A stretch of 64,000 bases of DNA, from the NCBI GenBank assembly GCA_038203035.1, contig JBBREI010000001.1, forward strand, positions 11,385 through 75,384, written 5' to 3'. The DNA is from Burkholderiales bacterium (GTDB taxonomy: Bacteria > Pseudomonadota > Gammaproteobacteria > Burkholderiales > Usitatibacteraceae). Shown here in pieces: positions 60,573 through 64,000 of the stretch. The notes beneath the pieces are model-generated. The model searched no databases. It was not told where the DNA came from and was given only the letters and a program-made list of their open reading frames with translations. The stretch's first letter is position 1. Each line of letters begins with the position of its first letter. The translations under genes and the position numbers were made by a program.

Positions 60573-61688
60573 ATGGAATCCCTCGACGACGACGGCGGGC
60601 GCTCCGCGATGCGCGCCATGGCGGTTGCGGCACTGGCGCTCTGCGGTTTCCTCCTCTCCCTGCTGCCTTTCACCGCCGCGCTCGACCTCGCGCTGCTCGA
60701 TGCGCAGTGGCAGGTGCTGCGACGTTTTGACTGGCGGCAGGCCACCGATGAAATTGTCCTGGTGGGCGTCGACGAGGCCACGGTGCGATCGATCGCCGAA
60801 CCCCCGGGCCTGTGGCATGTCCCCCTCGGGCAGGCGCTGGCGCGCCTGGCCTCGGCCAGGCCGCGCGCCATCGGCCTGGAGCTCGCGCTCCCGGAGCGCT
60901 CGTTCGACGCGGTGAAGCCGGGGCTCGATCGCGCGTTATTCGATGGCCTCGCCGCCGCGGTGGAAAACGGCCCCTTCGTCGCCACGCTCAGCATCGACCC
61001 GCGCACCCGTGCGGCGCGCAACATCCACAAGCCGTTCCTCGCCCTGCTCGGCGAGTCGCGACTCGGCCTCAACCTCGTGGCGCGTGATGCGGACGGGCGG
61101 TCGCGGCGCTTCTCGCTGGTTGTGCCGACCGAAGACGGGGGCTTCCCGACACTCGAGGGCCGCCTGTGCCGCGCGATGAACCGCGCCTGCACCGACGGCC
61201 TGATCCACTATTCGCTGGGCAGGCCCTTCACCTATGTGCCGCTCAAGAATGTGTTGTCGATGGGCGACGCCACCCTGTTCAACAACCTTTTTCGCGACCG
61301 CATCGTCCTGGTCGGAGAGGCGCTGCCTTACACCGACCGCATCGACGTCCCGGTCAATTTCGCCGGCTGGGAGGCGGGCGGGCACGATTCCCCCGCCCTG
61401 GTGGTGCACGCGCAGACGCTGCGCACGGCCATCAACGGCAACGCGCCCCAGGAGGCCTCACGTCCCCTGGGCCTGCTGCTGGTGTCAATCGCGGCGCTGG
61501 CGTTCCTGGTTCGCGACCCGCGCCTGGCCGCCCTGCTCGCGGGTTTGCTGGCGCTGGGGGCCTTCGCCCTTGCCACGTTCGCCCTGCGAGGCGGCCTGCA
61601 GGTGCCCATAGCGCCATTGCTCGCCACCCTGGCCCTTGCGCTCGCCGCCCGGGTGGCCCTGACCCTGAAAGCGCGAAAAAAAGCCTAG
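60573..61688 (+). CDS. Stand-alone CHASE2 sensor with three C-terminal TM helices and no cytoplasmic output domain
   Basis: EIVLVGVDEAT, RAIGLE, FRDRIVLVG, VHAQTL CHASE2-like motifs; three hydrophobic helices, then KARKKA-stop. Confidence 0.8.
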   Translation: MESLDDDGGRSAMRAMAVAALALCGFLLSLLPFTAALDLALLDAQWQVLRRFDWRQATDEIVLVGVDEATVRSIAEPPGLWHVPLGQALARLASARPRAIGLELALPERSFDAVKPGLDRALFDGLAAAVENGPFVATLSIDPRTRAARNIHKPFLALLGESRLGLNLVARDADGRSRRFSLVVPTEDGGFPTLEGRLCRAMNRACTDGLIHYSLGRPFTYVPLKNVLSMGDATLFNNLFRDRIVLVGEALPYTDRIDVPVNFAGWEAGGHDSPALVVHAQTLRTAINGNAPQEASRPLGLLLVSIAALAFLVRDPRLAALLAGLLALGAFALATFALRGGLQVPIAPLLATLALALAARVALTLKARKKA

Positions 61689-61837
61689 TCGACCTGCAGG
61701 ATATTCAGCATCCGCGGTGCTGCCTATCCCACCGCGCGCGAAGCGCCCCATGGCCGATGATGGAATCAGGTCGTGAGGTTCCTCCTCCCACGGCTTGCAG
61801 GGCGACGTGAGGCCAAGAGCATGCCGCCTTTCTTGAT

Positions 61838-61873
61838 TCTCCCCGGCCCCCAGGCCGGGGAGACCTTTCTTTT
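61838..61873 (+). terminator. Terminator-like hairpin about 40 nt upstream of glmS
   Basis: 11-bp perfect stem TCTCCCCGGCC/GGCCGGGGAGA followed by CCTTTCTTTT. Confidence 0.55.
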
Positions 61874-61905
61874 CCCCCTGTAGCGCCGTGAGAGAATGAC
61901 CGCCT

Positions 61906-63735
61906 ATGTGCGGAATCGTCGGCGCCATCGCCAGTCGCAACGTCGTACCCATCCTGACCGAGGGCCTGAAGCGCCTCGAATACCGCGGCTACGACTCCGC
62001 GGGCATCGCCGTGCTCAATGGCGGCATTCGCCGGGTTCGCCGGGTGGGCCGTGTCGCGGAGATGGAAAGCGCCGCGCGAGCCGAGAAGCTGGAAGGCATC
62101 GTCGGCATCGCCCACACGCGCTGGGCCACCCACGGCGGCGTTACCGAACCCAATGCGCATCCCCATGTGTCCATGGAAGAGATCGCCGTGGTCCACAACG
62201 GCATCATCGAAAACCACGAGGAGCAGCGCGCCCGCCTGAAGGCGCTGGGTTACCCGTTCGAGTCGCAAACCGACACCGAGGTCATCGCGCACCTGGTGCA
62301 CCACTACTACAAGGCGGGCGGCGGCCTCTTCGAAGCCACGCGCCTCGCGGTGGCCGACCTGCAGGGCGCCTACGCGATCGGCGTGGTGGCCCTGGCCGCC
62401 CCGGAAATCATCACCGGCGCGCGCATGGGCTGCCCGCTGGTTGTGGGCCTGGGCGAGGGTGAGAATTTCCTCGCCTCCGATTTCTCCGCGCTGATCTCCG
62501 AGACCCGGCGCGTGATGTACCTGGAAGACGGCGACGTCGTTGCGCTGGAGCGCGGGGGCGTGCGCGTGGTCGACCGGGACGGCCGGGCGGTGGAGCGCGC
62601 GGTGCACCTGTCCGACCTGTCGGCCGATGCGGTCGACCTCGGCCCCTACCGGCACTACATGCAGAAGGAGATCCACGAGCAGCCGCGCGCCGTCTCCGAC
62701 ACCATCGAGGGCGTGATCGACGGCGGCGTGGACGTCGAGGGCCTCTACGGAGCGGGCGCCCTCGCCACCTTCCGCGACATCGATTCGGTCCTGATCCTCG
62801 CCTCCGGCACCAGCTACTACGCGGGTCTTGTGGCGCGCTACTGGATCGAGGGCCTGACCCGCGTGCCCTGCAACGTGGAGCTGGGCCACGAATATCGCTA
62901 CCGCGATTCCATCCCCAATCCGCGCCAGCTCGTGGTCACCATCTCGCAATCGGGCGAGACGCTCGACACGATGGAAGCCCTCAAGCGCGCCAGGCAGCTG
63001 GGACAGGCGCACACGCTTTCGATCTGCAACGTGCGCGAAAGCGCCATACCACGCGCCTCCCGCTTCGCCTTCTATACCCGCGCGGGCGCGGAAATCGGTG
63101 TCGCCTCCACCAAGGCCTTCACCACGCAGCTTGCGGCGTTGTTCACGCTCACCCTCGCCATCGGCAAGGCGAAGGACCGCATCACGCCGCAGCTCGAGGC
63201 CGAGGCGATCGAACAGCTGCGATTCGTGCCGGGAAGCATCCAGCACGCGCTCAACCTCGAGCCGCAGATCCAGGCCTGGGCCGAGCGCTTCACGCTCCAC
63301 GAACACGCACTTTTCCTCGGTCGCGGCATCCACTACCCGGTGGCCCTCGAGGGGGCGCTCAAGCTCAAGGAGATCTCCTACATCCACGCCGAGGCCTACC
63401 CGGCCGGCGAGCTCAAGCACGGTCCGCTCGCCCTGGTGGATTCCTCGATGCCGGTGGTTGTGATCGCGCCCAACGACGCGCTGCTCGAGAAGGTGAAGTC
63501 GAACATGCAGGAAGTGCGCGCGCGCGGCGGCGAGCTCTACGTGTTCGCCGACCTCGACAGCCACTTTGCCGAAAGCGAAGGGGTGCACGTCATTCGCACC
63601 CCGCGCCACGCCGGTTGGTTATCACCGATCGTGCACGCCATCCCGGTCCAGCTGCTCGCCTATCACACGGCGCTGAAGAGGGGCACCGACGTCGACAAGC
63701 CTCGCAACCTCGCGAAGGCTGTCACTGTCGAATAG
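61906..63735 (+). CDS. glmS: Glutamine--fructose-6-phosphate aminotransferase
   Basis: [59 protein letters not shown]. Confidence 0.98.
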   Translation: MCGIVGAIASRNVVPILTEGLKRLEYRGYDSAGIAVLNGGIRRVRRVGRVAEMESAARAEKLEGIVGIAHTRWATHGGVTEPNAHPHVSMEEIAVVHNGIIENHEEQRARLKALGYPFESQTDTEVIAHLVHHYYKAGGGLFEATRLAVADLQGAYAIGVVALAAPEIITGARMGCPLVVGLGEGENFLASDFSALISETRRVMYLEDGDVVALERGGVRVVDRDGRAVERAVHLSDLSADAVDLGPYRHYMQKEIHEQPRAVSDTIEGVIDGGVDVEGLYGAGALATFRDIDSVLILASGTSYYAGLVARYWIEGLTRVPCNVELGHEYRYRDSIPNPRQLVVTISQSGETLDTMEALKRARQLGQAHTLSICNVRESAIPRASRFAFYTRAGAEIGVASTKAFTTQLAALFTLTLAIGKAKDRITPQLEAEAIEQLRFVPGSIQHALNLEPQIQAWAERFTLHEHALFLGRGIHYPVALEGALKLKEISYIHAEAYPAGELKHGPLALVDSSMPVVVIAPNDALLEKVKSNMQEVRARGGELYVFADLDSHFAESEGVHVIRTPRHAGWLSPIVHAIPVQLLAYHTALKRGTDVDKPRNLAKAVTVE

Positions 63736-63764
63736 GTGACTGCCCGCATCGGGCGGGCCGGGCC

Positions 63765-63962
63765 TCAAAGCGGTTCGAGCCCGGGAAGATCGGTGGTTGG
63801 CGGCGGCGTCCCCGCGGCGTTCATCATCAGGCACCACCGCCTCGTCCGCGGCCATGGCGGCAGGCGCGCGGGCATCGTGTTGTTGTAGCGCAGGTAACAA
63901 GTGCCGCCGCACCCTTGCGCCGCCCACGGCGTTTCGGCGAGGGGCGGCATGCGGTCCTTCAT
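63765..63962 (-). CDS. Hypothetical 65-aa Pro/Trp/Cys-containing small protein
   Basis: GGAGGA 4 nt before the ATG; 55 of 65 codons end in G/C; the ATG overlaps a TGA closing a frame open from the window edge. Confidence 0.6.
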   Translation of the reverse strand: MKDRMPPLAETPWAAQGCGGTCYLRYNNTMPARLPPWPRTRRWCLMMNAAGTPPPTTDLPGLEPL

Positions 63963-64000
63963 TCAATCCTCCGGAGTCCTACGTTCGAATCGGAGCCCGC

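Noticed and set aside
61688-61700. GTCGACCTGCAGG matches the SalI-PstI part of a pUC polylinker
   Set aside because: Only 13 bp, and the flanks do not continue as vector sequence; treated as chance
61740-61905. glmS ribozyme (AGCGCC occurs at 61743 and 61883)
   Set aside because: The conserved GACGAGG and AUCGAA core elements do not follow either AGCGCC, and the hexamer is common in GC-rich DNA

Overview
High-GC window from a betaproteobacterial chromosome (inferred from gene order and protein sequences) spanning the replication-origin region. It is mostly housekeeping genes: pilH/pilG, rubredoxin, thiD-thiE-hemL, a GGDEF protein, cytochrome c4, engB, hemB, mrcA, pilMNOPQ-aroKB, ntrYX-DUF4390-fmt-def, tsaP-like LysM-dprA-topA, gyrB-dnaN-dnaA, rpmH-rnpA-yidD-yidC-mnmE-mnmG-rsmG-parAB, the atp operon, glmU and glmS. 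Non-coding features include a likely oriC between dnaA and dnaN, two tandem parS palindromes and several terminators. I saw no tRNA, rRNA, CRISPR array, transposase or prophage gene. The best leads are: (1) a three-gene module between glmU and glmS encoding a Crp-family regulator, a single-POTRA Omp85 barrel and a CHASE2-3TM sensor with no output domain; (2) a four-hairpin antisense sRNA candidate between engB and hemB with anti-Shine-Dalgarno loops, probably related to the anti-hemB motif; (3) a peptide/nickel-type ABC importer operon ending in two deacylase-family hydrolases, one with a 19-His tail; (4) a well-supported but unrecognised 65-aa ORF at the right edge. All assignments come from motif recognition by eye and no database searches were run.
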